32,000 nucleotides of DNA, taken from Acaryochloris marina S15. GTDB lineage: Bacteria; Cyanobacteriota; Cyanobacteriia; Thermosynechococcales; Thermosynechococcaceae. Below are positions 30,514 through 32,000 of this stretch, piece by piece. The stretch spans positions 5,040,001 through 5,072,000 of the forward strand of contig NZ_CP064923.1 in NCBI RefSeq assembly GCF_018336915.1, written 5' to 3'. Below the pieces are notes generated by a model. That model had not been told where the DNA came from and searched no databases. It saw only the letters and a list, made by a program, of their open reading frames with translations. Position 1 is the stretch's first letter. Every line of letters starts with the position of its first letter. A program made the translations under genes and the position numbers.

Positions 30514-32000
30514 ATGCCACAATCCCAACCCCAATTGCATTGTCCCAATCTCAGATGTCGAGCAGCCAACTCTGATCGAGATCAGTTTTGCCAAAAATGT
30601 GGGACATACTTACCGAAACGCTTCCTTTGGGTTGTGGGCGCTCGTGCAGATAAATTTCAAGTCGGTGACCTGCTAGAAGATCGTTTTTTGTTTCGGGGTC
30701 CCAGAGTTGTCTTTGATACGCAACCGGGCATCCCCCTCAAAATGAGTGTTGAGTTACCGGAGACCTTAGTCCCTTACCTAAAACTATTTCCCTATCGCCT
30801 CCATCTACCTCAAATTTATACGCTCCTTTCTCTAGGAGATTCAGAACCTTCCCTCATCCTTTTACTAGAGCAAGCTCCCCTGGGCAATGCCGATCTAGAT
30901 CCGAGTAACCAGGGTGGACTAGCCCTAGGAGCTGGCATGCCATTATTTGACGCTTGGGCAAATGCCCAACCCCTGCGTCAGCTTCATTGGCTCTGGCAGA
31001 TGGCTCAACTATGGCAACCCCTCCGGATTCAGGGTGTGGCATCGAGCTTATTGCAGCCTGACTTCTTGCGGGTCGAAGGACCGCTGTTTCGATTATTAGA
31101 ATTAGAAAATGATTTTCGCTTAGAACCCAGCCTGGCTGACCTAGGTTTAGTGTGGCAACAGCTCATCCCGAAAACCGGCGGTAAACTAGCCGACTCCCTA
31201 GATGGCCTCTGTGACCAATTAGCCAGCGGTGACATTGAATCAGCAGAAGAACTGCTCGCACAATTAGAAAGCTGGATTGAGAATGTCCACAAAGCCTATC
31301 GAGTCAAAATAGATATTGCCACTCGCACGGATACCGGCATGGTTCGCGAGCATAACGAAGATGCTTGCTATCCTGCCGACGGTGCAGTCACTCAAAACTC
31401 GCTAGAGCGGATGGCCATTGTTTGCGATGGAGTGGGGGGACATGCCGGTGGCGAAGTCGCATCCGGAATTGCCATCGAAGCCCTACGGGATCACCTCACT
31501 CAGTTGCCGATTGATGATCTCTCCCCTGCTGATGTCATCACAGAATTAGAAAATGCCTCCTTTAAGGCCAATGACCTCATTTGCCAGCGGAACGACCAAG
31601 AACAGCGCCAAGACCGGCAACGCATGGGAACTACGTTGGTAACTGCGTTATCCCAAACTCACCAAATTTATGTGTCTCATATTGGGGATAGTCGGGCTTA
31701 CCTGATCACAACCCAAGGCTGTTACCAAATCATGGTGGACGACGACATTGCGTCCCGTGAAGTGCGATTGGGGTATGTCCCTTACCGGGAAGCTCTACTC
31801 CAACCCGCTTCCGGATCTTTGGTTCAGGCCCTAGGAATGGCCTCTTCTTCAGTCTTGCGTCCGACGGTCCAGCGCTTCCTATTAGACGAAGACTGTTTAT
31901 TTCTGCTGTGCTCAGACGGTCTCAGTGATTACGATCGCATCGAGATGATTTGGCGAGAAGAGCTACTGCCACTCCTCCAAGGGGGCACAGACTTAGCCAG
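30514..32000 (+). CDS. Zinc-ribbon / kinase-like domain / PP2C serine-threonine phosphatase (partial, runs off the window)
   Basis: Not in the ORF track because there is no stop in the window. ATG 30514 is the first start after the in-frame TGA at 30484-30486, and the frame stays open to 32000. There is an N-terminal CPNLRC...CQKCG zinc ribbon. PP2C motifs: RTDTGMVREHNEDA, VCDGVGGHAGGEVAS, GTTLV, HIGDSRAYL and LLCSDGLSD. Confidence 0.85.
   Translation, partial: MPQSQPQLHCPNLRCRAANSDRDQFCQKCGTYLPKRFLWVVGARADKFQVGDLLEDRFLFRGPRVVFDTQPGIPLKMSVELPETLVPYLKLFPYRLHLPQIYTLLSLGDSEPSLILLLEQAPLGNADLDPSNQGGLALGAGMPLFDAWANAQPLRQLHWLWQMAQLWQPLRIQGVASSLLQPDFLRVEGPLFRLLELENDFRLEPSLADLGLVWQQLIPKTGGKLADSLDGLCDQLASGDIESAEELLAQLESWIENVHKAYRVKIDIATRTDTGMVREHNEDACYPADGAVTQNSLERMAIVCDGVGGHAGGEVASGIAIEALRDHLTQLPIDDLSPADVITELENASFKANDLICQRNDQEQRQDRQRMGTTLVTALSQTHQIYVSHIGDSRAYLITTQGCYQIMVDDDIASREVRLGYVPYREALLQPASGSLVQALGMASSSVLRPTVQRFLLDEDCLFLLCSDGLSDYDRIEMIWREELLPLLQGGTDLA

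Noticed and set aside
1084-31292. The many 60-150-aa ORFs in the track that lie inside or antisense to larger genes. Examples: 1084-1305, 2143-2328, 3649-3951, 4438-4632, 4933-5139, 5110-5301, 6255-6533, 6720-6953, 6892-7122, 7562-7756, 8163-8357, 8585-8836, 10069-10302, 11360-11616, 11852-12172, 12687-13445, 13686-13946, 14549-14839, 15147-15341, 16008-16250, 17561-18081, 18320-18896, 19059-19289, 19937-20386, 21295-21507, 23507-24340, 24968-25150, 25831-26037, 26990-27262, 27595-27844, 29448-30159 and 30854-31292.
   Set aside because: Each overlaps a longer ORF that has clear family motifs. Their translations are low-complexity or Arg/Ser/Pro-rich, as expected for shadow frames, and none shows a recognisable domain or RBS.
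1-32000. CRISPR arrays, rRNA/tRNA genes, IS elements with terminal inverted repeats, and prophage or toxin-antitoxin modules.
   Set aside because: I saw no regularly spaced direct repeats, no conserved rRNA/RNase P/tmRNA/SRP sequence blocks, no transposase/integrase ORFs and no small paired ORFs typical of TA systems. This conclusion rests on reading by eye only.

Overview
The window looks like cyanobacterial chromosome. The HIP1 octamer GCGATCGC occurs at least 11 times by eye, and ycf54, a cyanobacterial-type hfq and a group-2-like sigma-70 factor are present. It is densely coding, with about 35 CDS. I found no rRNA, tRNA, CRISPR array or bounded IS/transposon by eye. Most genes are recognisable housekeeping or envelope functions: sigma factor, sfsA, queE-queC, comF-family, ycf54, dapF, hfq, an M23 peptidase, TRAP dctQ/dctM, panD, UDP-xylose synthase plus UDP-glucose dehydrogenase, a VanX-like dipeptidase, a phosphodiester glycosidase, a CAP-domain protein and a radical SAM protein. 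Two coding regions are missing from the ORF track. One is a 50-aa membrane protein with a strong SD (5604-5756). The other is a large zinc-ribbon/kinase-like/PP2C phosphatase gene that starts at 30514 and runs off the right edge. The best candidates for undescribed biology are: (1) a translationally coupled, mostly membrane-anchored DUF4129-like/DUF4350-like/MoxR AAA+/DUF58 operon followed by a tail-anchored TPR-like protein (16636-21422), with no known client; (2) a stand-alone MshEN/T2SSE_N-like two-motif protein, a possible c-di-GMP-type receptor fold, just downstream of hfq; (3) a PpsA-sized PEP-utilising paralog with intact phosphohistidine and PEP/pyruvate domains but an apparently degenerate ATP-grasp domain, preceded by a perfect 20-nt palindrome; (4) the Zn-ribbon/pseudokinase-like/PP2C protein. 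All functional calls come from motif recognition by eye, since no searches were run. Start codons are uncertain where noted.
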